64,000 nt of DNA from Acinetobacter phage vB_ApiM_fHyAci03. The notes under the pieces were generated by a model. It made no database searches. It was not told the origin of the DNA and worked only from the letters and a program-made list of their open reading frames with translations. The translations under genes and the position numbers were made by a program. Shown piece after piece: positions 24,504 to 34,319 of the stretch; the first letter of the stretch is position 1; each line of letters begins with the position of its first letter. The stretch lies in the sequence record NC_049438.1; one strand, written 5' to 3'.

Positions 24504-24996
24504 AGTTTTCTTTGTTCTTCAAGTAATACAATTCGAACATTTCTTCGGCTCGAATACCAAGAGCATTTGCCATGTTGAGAACGAAATGGATAATATCAAT
24601 GAATTCAAATTTAATTTCAAGTTGATCTTCAGGACTCAAGTCTTTAATTAATGTATTACGTTTTTCAAGATTATTTGACTTCCATGCTTTCCAAACACCT
24701 GATGCTGCATTTTCACCATTTGACATACCGCCAAGCGATGTTAACAATTCGCGGAATTCATCGTCAATTGAATCCTTTTGAGCACGCATCCAATCAACTA
24801 CTTTACCAGCAGTGTCTAAATTACGAGGATCTTGATTCATTTCTGGTTTATCTTGAGCAAGACGAATCTGTAAACTGTTTTGCATATCAAGCATTGTATC
24901 GAGGTACTGTTCACCATTAAACCGTAAATCTTCTGCAACTTGACGAGCTGCATCGATACCGTTTACTAAATGTGAACATTGATTGAAGTGCGCCAT
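24478..24996 (-). CDS. 56: dCTP pyrophosphatase gp56 (dCTPase/dUTPase, MazG-like all-alpha NTP-PPase)
   Basis: 172 aa, almost collinear with T4 gp56 (MAHFN.C.HL…, …LDMQ…LQIRLA…, …WMR.QKD.IDDEFRELLTSLG.MS…, …SPEDQLEIKFE..DI.HFVLNM…, …LYYLKNKENF.RQ.NGY). Confidence 0.85.
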   Translation of the reverse strand: MAHFNQCSHLVNGIDAARQVAEDLRFNGEQYLDTMLDMQNSLQIRLAQDKPEMNQDPRNLDTAGKVVDWMRAQKDSIDDEFRELLTSLGGMSNGENAASGVWKAWKSNNLEKRNTLIKDLSPEDQLEIKFEFIDIIHFVLNMANALGIRAEEMFELYYLKNKENFERQNNGY

Positions 24997-25052
24997 GTGT
25001 ATTTCTCCAAATGTATGGGTAAAGTTGATAAGGTAATTATAACAAAAAGTTT

Positions 25053-25388
25053 TTAAAGCGGCTTAAGTGAAATGTACACATAAGTTTTTGCGATGTTAGT
25101 ACTAGCGACCAAAATTTCAGGGTACTTGAATTCAAACTCGCATTCAGCTTTGTCATCAATTAAGTTGACTGATGAAAAGCCATCAAATGATGGAAAATAC
25201 CCTAAATCAATGAATCGATCTGCAAAGTTTTTAGGAAGATCCTTTATTGGAACTCGAAATTCAAATGCACTATAGTTGTAGTATTCGCCATCATCAGAAT
25301 AATTTGTTGTCAAATTAACAAGATTCAAATCCACAGGCTTAAACTTAATAGTACTAGAGTCTGATGCAAATTCAACCATTATTTGCAT
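25053..25388 (-). CDS. hypothetical protein
   Basis: 111-aa ORF. Confidence 0.4.
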   Translation of the reverse strand: MQIMVEFASDSSTIKFKPVDLNLVNLTTNYSDDGEYYNYSAFEFRVPIKDLPKNFADRFIDLGYFPSFDGFSSVNLIDDKAECEFEFKYPEILVASTNIAKTYVYISLKPL

Positions 25389-25999
25389 TTTTTAGTTACT
25401 CCTAATGCAATAAGAATAGCCTCTTCTCGTTCACCCCATTTGAGGTTTTCTTGATCAATTTGTTCAATTACATCTGCTGCACGGCGTAACAATTCAGGCT
25501 TCATAGTTGTTAAAGGCAAATGTGCTTCTCGTTCTTCGATGTAATGAATACGATCTGCTTCATCCTTGAATCTTTCTTGGATATATGCAGTGATTTCTTC
25601 ATCAGTGCCATTCAAAAATAGTTCCATCGGTACTTGATTGAGTACCCATTGTTCTTGATCTTCAAGATCAGGTGCACATTCATCCCAGACGTCATATGTT
25701 GCAGTACAAACAATATTTACTTCTGGTACTTCTACATGGATACGATGAAAACCCGTCTGCTTTTCACGATTTTCTGGTGTATCTGGTGCTTTAGGGTCAT
25801 AGTGTGGATTTTCAAGCCAAGTAGATGTAATATGGTCATATACATGAATTACGTATCCATTGCCTTGAAATTTACGAGGCACATCAATTGTTTCACCACC
25901 TGGAAGTTCCATGATTGCATTTTGAGCAGTTTGAATGAATTCCCAGGCTCGCTCTTCAATTTCTTCGTTTACTGCTGTACGTCGTTCGAACATGTTCAT
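25379..25999 (-). CDS. hypothetical protein
   Basis: 206-aa ORF. Confidence 0.45.
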   Translation of the reverse strand: MNMFERRTAVNEEIEERAWEFIQTAQNAIMELPGGETIDVPRKFQGNGYVIHVYDHITSTWLENPHYDPKAPDTPENREKQTGFHRIHVEVPEVNIVCTATYDVWDECAPDLEDQEQWVLNQVPMELFLNGTDEEITAYIQERFKDEADRIHYIEEREAHLPLTTMKPELLRRAADVIEQIDQENLKWGEREEAILIALGVTKKCK

Positions 26000-26355
26000 C
26001 GCATTTCTACCTCAACATCGGTTAATTGAATTCCAAAATGTACAAGAAGCTGCCATGATGTAGCAATTACAAAACCAATTGTGGCATCGCCGATTACATA
26101 CATTGAAGCCATTGTACACAAGAAAGTCCAGATGCCAAGAATAATCGGCTCATATTGCTTTTTACAATATGACATCCATGAGTATGTAACAATGCTGAAC
26201 AACACAAAGAATAATGCAAGTTCTAGTACCAATAAATTTATTGCAGTGCTTGCAGCGATAAATACTACAAGCGAAATTATTGCACCAAACATGTTTTTGA
26301 TTAGGTGCCCTTTCATTACCACTGCTCCTTGCCTGTATAGTGACGGAATCGCCAA
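25996..26355 (-). CDS. hypothetical membrane protein
   Basis: 119 aa. Three or four hydrophobic helices. Confidence 0.4.
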   Translation of the reverse strand: MAIPSLYRQGAVVMKGHLIKNMFGAIISLVVFIAASTAINLLVLELALFFVLFSIVTYSWMSYCKKQYEPIILGIWTFLCTMASMYVIGDATIGFVIATSWQLLVHFGIQLTDVEVEMR

Positions 26356-26753
26356 GGAGTTTCACGTGCTAACTGTTCAACAGCTTGTTCCATTATCTCT
26401 GCCCATCGTTGCTCATGAAATGTTTGCAACTCGTGTGTATAAGGCATTTGTCGTACTTGACCAATGTATGTACGAATACGTTGAATCACCAAGCCATAAT
26501 TTCGTTGCTCGTTTGTTATATAGAACTCAATCTTGTCTAATGATTCAATGTGATTTTCAACTGAAACTTTACGTCGATCTATGATTTTTGCAAGATCATA
26601 ATCTTTTGCTGAAAGAGCATCATTGACACTACGTTCTAGGCTTAAAAATACGAGCTTTTGAGCAATGCGTAATGCACGAATTTGATTACGAATAACTCGT
26701 AGACTACGTGCTTTAGCACGTAGTGATTGTTCGATAACATATGGAAAACTCAT
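26316..26753 (-). CDS. hypothetical protein
   Basis: 145-aa ORF. Confidence 0.4.
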   Translation of the reverse strand: MSFPYVIEQSLRAKARSLRVIRNQIRALRIAQKLVFLSLERSVNDALSAKDYDLAKIIDRRKVSVENHIESLDKIEFYITNEQRNYGLVIQRIRTYIGQVRQMPYTHELQTFHEQRWAEIMEQAVEQLARETPWRFRHYTGKEQW

Positions 26754-26758
26754 GATAA

Positions 26759-27091
26759 TTATCCTTTAATCATTTCAACTTTAAGAATGCGTTTGATGTC
26801 TCCATTACGTGTTTCGATAATGAGTGGAGAATGCAACGTTACTGATGCAGAATCCATGATTTTATCTGCAATTTCAAGAGACGTAATAATCGGAGCATCT
26901 GTGAATTCTGTAGCCCAGATAAATGCTCGGTTGACTTCGCCGAAGCGAGGTCTGTTGCCAGTAGTAGAAACTAATATGTTTTCATAATTAAGAACTTCAA
27001 CTTCATCGCCAGAACGCCATGGCAAGATTTTATCAAGCATAGTAGGAGTTTTAACTGTGTATTGAGTTTGTGTAATTTTAACTATAACCAT
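26759..27091 (-). CDS. hypothetical protein
   Basis: 110-aa ORF. Confidence 0.4.
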   Translation of the reverse strand: MVIVKITQTQYTVKTPTMLDKILPWRSGDEVEVLNYENILVSTTGNRPRFGEVNRAFIWATEFTDAPIITSLEIADKIMDSASVTLHSPLIIETRNGDIKRILKVEMIKG

Positions 27092-27124
27092 GATGTTCTA
27101 CTCACTGTAGTATATTTGATAGGA

Positions 27125-27158
27125 CCATTATATCAATAGTCCTATCAAAAGTAAACAG
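27125..27158 (-). promoter_or_regulatory. early promoter with PeSL dyad (GATAGGAC…GTCCTATC)
   Basis: ATTATA at 27127..27132 and GTAAAC at 27151..27156. Confidence 0.6.
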
Positions 27159-27641
27159 TTATTTTTGCGATTGTTTGTATTTTTGTGCCATAGCAAGAGA
27201 AATAAATTTAGCCGACATTTCTGCTATTTCCTGATTTGTCTTACCTGCTTCAGATAGTTTTTCATAGTTTGAGATGATGACATGAATCAAGCCATGATCT
27301 GACATTGTAAAGTCTTTAAGGAACTTTAATGCTTTAGCGGTATTTGCAGCCTCAATAATATCGAGAGATGCTTTATGCCACATGTCAATAGTTGACTCAT
27401 CACATGATAAGATTTTAGCGCGATCTGCCTCAAATGAAATTCGAGGATTTACATCACTGTAATTGTACAGGTTTACCATGACCAGGCTATCATCAGTTCG
27501 ATGCTCTGTGAAGTCAAGATATGAGATATCAGAATGGCTAATGATTTTATAGATGTCATTAGATTCAAACATATCAAACAGAGTTTTAGCGATTTCATCT
27601 ATCGCTGCTTTAGATTCTTTAAAGGTACTTAATACGTCCAT
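27159..27641 (-). CDS. hypothetical protein
   Basis: 160-aa ORF downstream of primase. Confidence 0.4.
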   Translation of the reverse strand: MDVLSTFKESKAAIDEIAKTLFDMFESNDIYKIISHSDISYLDFTEHRTDDSLVMVNLYNYSDVNPRISFEADRAKILSCDESTIDMWHKASLDIIEAANTAKALKFLKDFTMSDHGLIHVIISNYEKLSEAGKTNQEIAEMSAKFISLAMAQKYKQSQK

Positions 27642-28006
27642 CAGATTACTCCGGCAATCATTAGTTCATAAAGTTGATCATCACTATAGTGGCTCCACAT
27701 AGGACCAAGTGTGTTGTTTGTTTCGGCATTAATGTGCTCATACAGAACATCAAAGGTTTCACTCAATTCAGCGATTTCACGTTCAAGCATAGAATTCGGC
27801 CTAAGTGACGTCGACCAGTCACAAAACGCTTGCCTGTATTGGGCTTGTAAAACTGCTGCAGCTTTACGTAATAATGCTGCACTTCTGGGTTTCCATGGAT
27901 TATCGCCATAGAGTGACGATAATTCAGGTTCAAGGCGATTCATGTTATCTAGTAACTCGCTTATGATACTATGGTGTCGTTCTGTGTCATGCATTTTGTA
28001 CCTCAA
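27641..28006 (-). CDS. hypothetical protein
   Basis: 121-aa ORF downstream of primase. Confidence 0.4.
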   Translation of the reverse strand: MRYKMHDTERHHSIISELLDNMNRLEPELSSLYGDNPWKPRSAALLRKAAAVLQAQYRQAFCDWSTSLRPNSMLEREIAELSETFDVLYEHINAETNNTLGPMWSHYSDDQLYELMIAGVI

Positions 28007-29055
28007 ATTTTACAGAATTGTGTCATACGAACCTGAGCCATTAATCCTGACTCAGAGTTTTGTAAAATGTATTCTTGGATATCCGATGCTTTTGCACCTT
28101 CTTTTACAATCATATCATTCACATCTTTAGATTGCCATGGAGCATTATCCCAGAAACAAACACGTTCGCCAGCATCAATAAGTTTCTTCATACGTTTAAT
28201 GGTATCGGGATGGCGACATTCATTGTCCAGAACCCAAATACGTTTATCGGCATAAGGCACTTGATCAAGACTCAATGAGCCGCCAGTAATGGCAAGAGCG
28301 TTTTCCAGAAATAAACTATCAATAGGCCCTTCCATAACAAACACAAAATCTTTAGATTCATCAATTGTGTCCTGTCCATACACCTTAGATGCATGTTCAT
28401 GTGCCTTGATTGTCATGTATTTGATGTTTGAAGGCTTTAGTGCACGCCCTTGAATCGATTCGATTTCACCTTTCTTATTGAAGATTGGTATCACCAATCG
28501 ATATTCAGGTTTAGGCGTTTCAAATGTACCAGGTTTGATAGAATTACATAGATCTTGCCATTGAGCAGTGAACCATAAACGATTCCACTTTTCTTTTGGA
28601 ATGGCGCGATCACTAACATATTTTACAATAGGGTGACTATCAGGCAATGTATCTATTCTAGTAGAATAATTTAATTTTTCGATTACCTTAAATGTAGTGG
28701 TGAGTTTTTCTGATACTTCAACAGGTGCCGACCTAGATGATGTACCTGAACCAGACTCTTTGAATTTCTCCATCATGTATTCACGATAAAGTTCTTCATC
28801 TCTTTCTTGTAAAAATCTGTCAAACCGAGACGAATAGTCACAATTGTAACAATGCACGAATGTAGTATTGTCATGATGAAAATACCAGAAGCGGGCCTTG
28901 TGTGGATCTTTTTGAGAGTCGCCACAGACCGGACAGGCGCAGTTAATACGTATAGGCATGCCAGGAATCAATTTGTAATTTCGTTCATATGATAATAAAC
29001 GAATGGCATAATCGTTGTCGATCCAAGAGCTCATAATATTCCTCTCATAAAACAA
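28003..29055 (-). CDS. 61: DNA primase gp61
   Basis: 350 aa. N-terminal zinc ribbon (CACPVCGDS…CYNCDYS). TOPRIM region (…VFVMEGPIDSLFL…, …VLDNE…). Confidence 0.85.
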   Translation of the reverse strand: MFYERNIMSSWIDNDYAIRLLSYERNYKLIPGMPIRINCACPVCGDSQKDPHKARFWYFHHDNTTFVHCYNCDYSSRFDRFLQERDEELYREYMMEKFKESGSGTSSRSAPVEVSEKLTTTFKVIEKLNYSTRIDTLPDSHPIVKYVSDRAIPKEKWNRLWFTAQWQDLCNSIKPGTFETPKPEYRLVIPIFNKKGEIESIQGRALKPSNIKYMTIKAHEHASKVYGQDTIDESKDFVFVMEGPIDSLFLENALAITGGSLSLDQVPYADKRIWVLDNECRHPDTIKRMKKLIDAGERVCFWDNAPWQSKDVNDMIVKEGAKASDIQEYILQNSESGLMAQVRMTQFCKI

Positions 29056-29081
29056 ATGGAACCAATTGGTTCCATTATATA

Positions 29082-29558
29082 CTATTTGTCGTAGTAAACT
29101 TCTGCTAAACTCTTTCTCTTTTTGTTGATTGTTTGAGGACCTGCATTTACAACAGCTCCCGTAGTTGTACCTGAAGCAATATTTGTAGGATTACCTTCTG
29201 CATCTCCTGCAACCATTTCCTCAACTAATGTCATAACATGCTCTTCGATCATTTGCACCTCGGATTCTGTTAATCCAAAACGCGAACCAATTGCAGATAA
29301 TGAACTTGAAATTGTTGTAAGCGTGCTTGCACTAGGAATAACTGAAAGATTTTTCTTCAATGCTCTCACTGCACCATGAAATGGCGTGTATGAACTTTTC
29401 TCTTCATCAGTTTTTGGACGCTTTAACACGTTACCTTTTTCGTCAATAATGCCTGTTTCAAATGCTTTCCATTCTTTGAAATCCTTTTGGATCAATCGAA
29501 TGAAACGAAATGCATAAGCACTATCTACAACAGTTTTTGCTGCACCTGATATACTCAT
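29082..29558 (-). CDS. hypothetical protein with Ser/Thr-rich segment
   Basis: 158-aa ORF between primase and helicase. Confidence 0.4.
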   Translation of the reverse strand: MSISGAAKTVVDSAYAFRFIRLIQKDFKEWKAFETGIIDEKGNVLKRPKTDEEKSSYTPFHGAVRALKKNLSVIPSASTLTTISSSLSAIGSRFGLTESEVQMIEEHVMTLVEEMVAGDAEGNPTNIASGTTTGAVVNAGPQTINKKRKSLAEVYYDK

Positions 29559-29863
29559 AATAGTCTCCTTATTTCACTATTTATGAGTTGTATGTTGTAT
29601 GTCGTATAATATTCAGAGTTTTCGAATTGAAGATACGAATGATTCAGGTCACCATCCTTTTCAAGTTTTTCCATGAGAGTATCAAGCTCTGCACCGGTAT
29701 GTGTATGAAATGCTAAGAGCTCACGGATCTGATCTAAATCCATAATAAAAACTTTTACATCATTTACGACTGTAGTGCTATCCCACCCATATTTGCTATT
29801 GAAGTCGATATGACGCTCTTCTTTTTCAGTTACAATGTATACATTCATTCTGTAATTCTCCAA
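29555..29863 (-). CDS. hypothetical protein
   Basis: 102-aa ORF. Confidence 0.4.
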   Translation of the reverse strand: MENYRMNVYIVTEKEERHIDFNSKYGWDSTTVVNDVKVFIMDLDQIRELLAFHTHTGAELDTLMEKLEKDGDLNHSYLQFENSEYYTTYNIQLINSEIRRLL

Positions 29864-30168
29864 AAACGTTTAGCTTCTTCAACAGATTTCATGTTTTCTT
29901 CTGTGAAGCCTTGGAACTTTAGATCACTTCCTTTGTGTCCAAAGAAACGTAAAAGCATTGTTGCGCCAAATAATGCATAGTCAATGCATTCATGTTCAGT
30001 GAGTTTATGACCATTTTTGTCAGTTTGAAAGCACTGGTACTCTAAGTTGTTGCCAAAGAGTTCTTCATCATCAAGACGAGTAGCTCGTAAAAAGAACTGA
30101 ACATTGCCAGAACTTTCTACCGCACGTACGATTTTGACCACTACATTTTCGATTTTAGGTGTACTCAT
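29845..30168 (-). CDS. hypothetical protein
   Basis: 107-aa ORF. Confidence 0.4.
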   Translation of the reverse strand: MSTPKIENVVVKIVRAVESSGNVQFFLRATRLDDEELFGNNLEYQCFQTDKNGHKLTEHECIDYALFGATMLLRFFGHKGSDLKFQGFTEENMKSVEEAKRFWRITE

Positions 30169-30593
30169 TTTCCGTAATTCTCGATCCAGTTAGTGACATG
30201 CTCATAACATTCTTCATCTGAAGCAAGGTATTGAGCCCATAAGAATACATCTTTACGCCATAGTTCCATATACAATTCAGGATCTTCTCGATACTCTACT
30301 ACAGGCATCGTGGCGTCTTCATAGACAATAGGTTCATTACCAAATACACGAAATAACAGTTCTTGATCTATACAAGGATTCTTTTTGTTGTAGAGCTGAT
30401 GGCCAATTGCATTTGCTCGTTCAATGTGCCCTTGTTTGATTAGCCAATCTTTCCAGTCTTCCCAATCAACACAATCATGTAGATAATAATCCATGAAGCA
30501 TTCTTGGGCAAATGCTTCCCATTCGATGATTTTGAATGCAAGTTCGTTTACTTTATTACTCATCTTCAAGGCTCCGAGCGTATGCTTTAGCAT
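30165..30593 (-). CDS. hypothetical protein
   Basis: 142-aa ORF. Confidence 0.4.
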   Translation of the reverse strand: MLKHTLGALKMSNKVNELAFKIIEWEAFAQECFMDYYLHDCVDWEDWKDWLIKQGHIERANAIGHQLYNKKNPCIDQELLFRVFGNEPIVYEDATMPVVEYREDPELYMELWRKDVFLWAQYLASDEECYEHVTNWIENYGK

Positions 30594-30930
30594 CAGTTTC
30601 GATTTTTTCGAGTTGAGTAATTATATACTCAATAAACTCTAAACGCCGTGGATTTGTCCACACTAGGCGATATGATGAATTATATTCTTGTTTGCCTGCG
30701 ATAGGATATGCTATGTTACCTTCATAGATTAAGGGCCATGATTTAATAATGCTAATGATGTCAATATTAATATGAGGTAATGCATCTAAATATGCCACAT
30801 TACACACACCCGAAATTGTAATGCTTGTGCCAAATCGTGATTTGAGAGCAACAACGTCTCCAAAATGATCTTTCATGTAATGAAGACGTTGAATAGTCTC
30901 TTGTAAAATTGCTAATTGGCCAGGTTTCAT
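30556..30930 (-). CDS. hypothetical protein
   Basis: 124-aa ORF. Confidence 0.4.
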   Translation of the reverse strand: MKPGQLAILQETIQRLHYMKDHFGDVVALKSRFGTSITISGVCNVAYLDALPHINIDIISIIKSWPLIYEGNIAYPIAGKQEYNSSYRLVWTNPRRLEFIEYIITQLEKIETDAKAYARSLEDE

Positions 30931-31436
30931 CCTAATGGCTCCAATGTACCAGTTTCAGCAAACTTCTTACATTCCGCTAAAGCGAATTCAAGAAACTTCC
31001 AACGTTTCTCATTAAGCCAGAACGACGGGCAATAATTACCATCACTATCAAAGCATTCATCATCAAACTCATCGCCTGTATTCACAGGGAACTGAGCAAA
31101 TTGATCTTCACGTTCACCAGTAGGATTCACCATAGCATATTTAATGCAAATATAACACTTAAACGCTGGCGGACAATTGAATCGTTTAGGATCGATTTCT
31201 ACACCATAATCAGTTGTTTTGATGTATGACAATAGGCCAAAGAAGTTACCACACGTAGCACGTAATGTGGTAAAAATTGCTTCATGAGGATGATATGTTG
31301 TGTTGTGAGGCATCGCAAATTCATACATCTTTAAAACTTGCAATGCATCAATAATTTCAGTTTTACGTTCGAGTGCATATGTAATGTTCTCAATAGTTTG
31401 AGTCAAATATGTTTTGTGTTCATCAGTTAAGTTCAT
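30927..31436 (-). CDS. hypothetical protein
   Basis: 169-aa ORF. Confidence 0.4.
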   Translation of the reverse strand: MNLTDEHKTYLTQTIENITYALERKTEIIDALQVLKMYEFAMPHNTTYHPHEAIFTTLRATCGNFFGLLSYIKTTDYGVEIDPKRFNCPPAFKCYICIKYAMVNPTGEREDQFAQFPVNTGDEFDDECFDSDGNYCPSFWLNEKRWKFLEFALAECKKFAETGTLEPLG

Positions 31437-31462
31437 AATGATATACTCATTGGGTTATAGTG

Positions 31463-31496
31463 CTATTATACTATAAGCTGCCTACAAAGTAAACCG
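31463..31496 (-). promoter_or_regulatory. early promoter
   Basis: ATTATA at 31465..31470 and GTAAAC at 31489..31494. Confidence 0.6.
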
Positions 31497-31589
31497 CTTA
31501 TTTATTAAAAGTTAGAACAATTACACGTTTTACAAATTCGATGGTGTTCATGCCCTTTGCTGCCAAAAATACGATCGATAAATTTTCAT

Positions 31590-31904
31590 TTAAATTTCCT
31601 CAACGAATGCCCATGATGCGTGCCATACTGTAGCACCTTTAGTATCATTCATACATACTGCATCTTCTGGCATTACTACTCGGTATAAAACTGGTTCTCC
31701 GCCAATCGATTTCGACGCTCTGCCTGCGTATACTTTTGCTAAGCCGATGTCTTCTGTAAAGAAAACTCGATTTAGATTTTTGTTTCTGCCTTTTTCTGAA
31801 AGGATCCCAGAAACATTAGGTGGAATTAACATGTGCTTGATACCTGCTGCAGTACAACTCCCATGATAGAAAACTTTTTGTGCTTCAGGAAACAGATTAA
31901 CCAT
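31590..31904 (-). CDS. small protein resembling the C-terminal NAD-binding (ART-fold) half of Tpt1/KptA RNA 2'-phosphotransferase
   Basis: 104 aa. …KVFYHGSCTAAGI…, …LNRVFFTEDIGLAKVYAGR…, …GEPVLYRVVMPEDAV…, …ATVWHASWAFVEEI parallel the KptA C-domain (…FLYHGTASRFLD…, …[20 protein letters not shown]…, …GVWLTSTVAVEFL). No N-terminal RNA-binding or catalytic domain is present. Confidence 0.3.
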   Translation of the reverse strand: MVNLFPEAQKVFYHGSCTAAGIKHMLIPPNVSGILSEKGRNKNLNRVFFTEDIGLAKVYAGRASKSIGGEPVLYRVVMPEDAVCMNDTKGATVWHASWAFVEEI

Positions 31905-31932
31905 GTTAGTTCCGATAAGTTATTTGATAGAG

Positions 31933-31966
31933 CTATTATACCACAAAAGGGAACCAGTGTAAACTG
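31933..31966 (-). promoter_or_regulatory. early promoter upstream of 31590..31904
   Basis: ATTATA at 31935..31940 and GTAAAC at 31959..31964. Confidence 0.6.
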
Positions 31967-31978
31967 ATTCCCTTAACT

Positions 31979-32296
31979 TTAAACTAAATTAAAGTGACGA
32001 ACGAGATGTTCGATAACAATGTACCATGATACTGGCGGAATAAAGATCGACGCAGCGGTCCACCAAAATCCTTTAGCTAAAACAATACCAGTGATGTACA
32101 CTGCAAATGCAACAAGGCCAACTAATGCTCTCATAATTACCTCAGGCAGGTTTGTATGGTAAAATTTTACCAGATTGTAAAGCGAATTTAAATTTATCCA
32201 CGTATGATGAATCATACATACGTACAACAATGTGATAGTTCTCCCAAGCAAATTCTCTGAACCATCCACTTGTGATAGAGGTGCAGACCTTTTCAA
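31979..32296 (-). CDS. hypothetical membrane protein
   Basis: 105-aa ORF overlapping the 3' end of 32142..33095. The real start is possibly an internal Met. Confidence 0.25.
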   Translation of the reverse strand: MKRSAPLSQVDGSENLLGRTITLLYVCMIHHTWINLNSLYNLVKFYHTNLPEVIMRALVGLVAFAVYITGIVLAKGFWWTAASIFIPPVSWYIVIEHLVRHFNLV

Positions 32297-33095
32297 GGGC
32301 TATCAAAAATGACTCTTTAGGGTCAACTTTAAAATTTGTTGGAATTTGTGAACGTTCTAATGCCAGGACGTAAGTTTCTTCGAGAACACCCAGCAATTGT
32401 GTTGTCAAATCCAGTTTAAAGAATAAATCTCGAGAACAATTTACTTCAGCATCGCCATCCATGTAAAATGTATACGCAGGGCGTTCAAGGAGTTTTACTG
32501 CTTCATGTATAGAATCATGATCATAGATGTAATCAAAATTTGATGTAAAGAATTCATCTTTACGAACATTAAGCATAGGGTGCCCATAATCATATGTCTC
32601 TTTAGCACGTCGTTGTAACCATGCTGGATCATGAGGAATTGCACCAATTGCTGGACTTCGCAAATTCCGAATTGTGTTCATAGTCTTCAAGAAATGTGGT
32701 GAATTCTTGAGAAAGCGATGAGACAATTTAAGTGAGTACAACATATTTATTGTTGCAATAGTACATGGAATTGAGCCGACGTTAACACTATCACGAATAG
32801 TCCAAGAACTTTCTACCAGTTCATACGTGGTGCAATTTTTAGACATCGGATACGTGACTTCAAAGATTTGTCCGTTGATTCGATAGGCGCGAGTGTGAGT
32901 ATTGAACTTCTTCGATTTTGCATCAAATATTAATTCGGACAACTCTGCATTGTGTTTAAGAGTTTCAATGACTTCATTTGCATGTTTTTCATCAATGCAA
33001 ATCATATCAATGTCTTTAGGTTTTAAGTTGTTAGGAATTTTCATGCGCTCTAAATGTTGAGCTAAAGCATACGAACCAATAATCAACGGTCTCAT
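32142..33095 (-). CDS. nucleotidyltransferase-fold protein (Pol-beta/minimal NTase superfamily)
   Basis: 317 aa. N-terminal hGS-x17-DhD signature (IIGSYALAQHL…KDIDMICI), typical of the Pol-beta-like NTase fold. Confidence 0.45.
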   Translation of the reverse strand: MRPLIIGSYALAQHLERMKIPNNLKPKDIDMICIDEKHANEVIETLKHNAELSELIFDAKSKKFNTHTRAYRINGQIFEVTYPMSKNCTTYELVESSWTIRDSVNVGSIPCTIATINMLYSLKLSHRFLKNSPHFLKTMNTIRNLRSPAIGAIPHDPAWLQRRAKETYDYGHPMLNVRKDEFFTSNFDYIYDHDSIHEAVKLLERPAYTFYMDGDAEVNCSRDLFFKLDLTTQLLGVLEETYVLALERSQIPTNFKVDPKESFLIALEKVCTSITSGWFREFAWENYHIVVRMYDSSYVDKFKFALQSGKILPYKPA

Positions 33096-33292
33096 TTCAT
33101 ACCTCTACTATTTACAGCGTGTTTGATTTCTAATTGCATTTGATTAAAAATGAATGACAGCTGGATATCAGCTTTAGATGCATTAGGATCATCACGAACA
33201 GATTTGACAACCTGCTTGAGGGCTTTACGAGCCTTAATTATCAATTCAATATCTTTATCTTTCATAACAATTTACTCTTTAAGGTAATAGAG

Positions 33293-33326
33293 CTATTATA
33301 TCAAAACAAACAGCTCTATGTAAATA
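33293..33326 (-). promoter_or_regulatory. early promoter with dyad (AGAGCT…AGCTCT)
   Basis: ATTATA at 33295..33300 and TGTAAA at 33319..33324. Confidence 0.55.
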
Positions 33327-33647
33327 TCACGAATAATATTTTTTGCATGCAGTATAAATGCGATCAAGCCATTTCTCTTCAGTCATTTCGCCTTCATCGA
33401 ACATCGTCGGATCATAGCCATAATTGAGATATCGAACCCAAGCCATCATTGGGATTTGATTATCGATTACTTCGTAGATGTTACGACAATACTCGTCAAA
33501 ATAGTAATACAACTGTTTCGCTTCAAGCTGAAATGCTATGCTTTTGAAGTTGCCATTGTACTTTCGATAAAGCATTGTAAACACAGTGTTAGCGAATTCT
33601 GCACGTGGATCTGTAGGTTTGTCATAAAAATCATAATACATCAACAA
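33327..33647 (-). CDS. hypothetical protein
   Basis: 106-aa ORF. Confidence 0.4.
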   Translation of the reverse strand: MLMYYDFYDKPTDPRAEFANTVFTMLYRKYNGNFKSIAFQLEAKQLYYYFDEYCRNIYEVIDNQIPMMAWVRYLNYGYDPTMFDEGEMTEEKWLDRIYTACKKYYS

Positions 33648-33880
33648 GACTCCGAGCTATTATACCATGTGATTTCAGTTGTGCCATGACTTTGAGTGAT
33701 GTCAAAATTCATGAAGTGTAACTCATGTTCTTCGATAATTTCGCCTACATGTTCAGCTAGTGTACGAACAGTGCCAAGAATTTCTTTTACACGAATTTCT
33801 GCAGTGAGCCGAGCTAAACGTTTAGCCTCTTTTTCATCTTCACGTTGTTGCTTGACAACTAATGCGCCTTGTTTACTCAT
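33641..33880 (-). CDS. hypothetical protein
   Basis: 79-aa ORF. Confidence 0.35.
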   Translation of the reverse strand: MSKQGALVVKQQREDEKEAKRLARLTAEIRVKEILGTVRTLAEHVGEIIEEHELHFMNFDITQSHGTTEITWYNSSESC

Positions 33881-34132
33881 TTAACTCTCCGAATTCGACC
33901 AATTGCTGTTATGCCATACTTGTTCAATGACGCCATATCCATTGTTAGATGTAATAGAGAAATCTAAACGTTCTTCAATTGAAACTCGTTCGGCTTCATC
34001 TAATAAGTCTTGAATGCTGTTGACAAGTTCTTGTAAATATTGCTTACTTTTGCTCATAATGGCACCTTTAACATGTTTCCGATGATGGCGACCATGAAGA
34101 AGTCGAACCGTAATAGCGACCACCCATGCCAT
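33881..34132 (-). CDS. hypothetical protein
   Basis: 83-aa ORF. Confidence 0.35.
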   Translation of the reverse strand: MAWVVAITVRLLHGRHHRKHVKGAIMSKSKQYLQELVNSIQDLLDEAERVSIEERLDFSITSNNGYGVIEQVWHNSNWSNSES

Positions 34133-34259
34133 ATGCGGGTTGAATATAAAAATTTAACTCATGCTTGTCAGCAAAAGCCTCGGCTTCATGAATAGCAGCA
34201 TAGATTTTCTTACGCAATGCTTCCATATGTTCATCGATTTGGTCTTCAGACATTCCCAT
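34068..34259 (-). CDS. hypothetical protein
   Basis: 63-aa ORF. Confidence 0.3.
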   Translation of the reverse strand: MGMSEDQIDEHMEALRKKIYAAIHEAEAFADKHELNFYIQPAYGMGGRYYGSTSSWSPSSETC

Positions 34260-34285
34260 GTGTTTATCCTTAAAAAGTAATAGGA

Positions 34286-34319
34286 CTATTATAACATAGT
34301 CCTATGATGTTGTAAACCA
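34286..34319 (-). promoter_or_regulatory. early promoter with PeSL dyad (TAGGACTAT…ATAGTCCTA)
   Basis: ATTATA at 34288..34293 and GTAAAC at 34312..34317. Confidence 0.6.

Noticed and set aside
25036-25079. Promoter-like ATTATA … GTACAC pair upstream of 24478..24996
   Set aside because: The spacer between the -10-like and -35-like elements is about 33 nt, which is incompatible with sigma70 or T4 early geometry.
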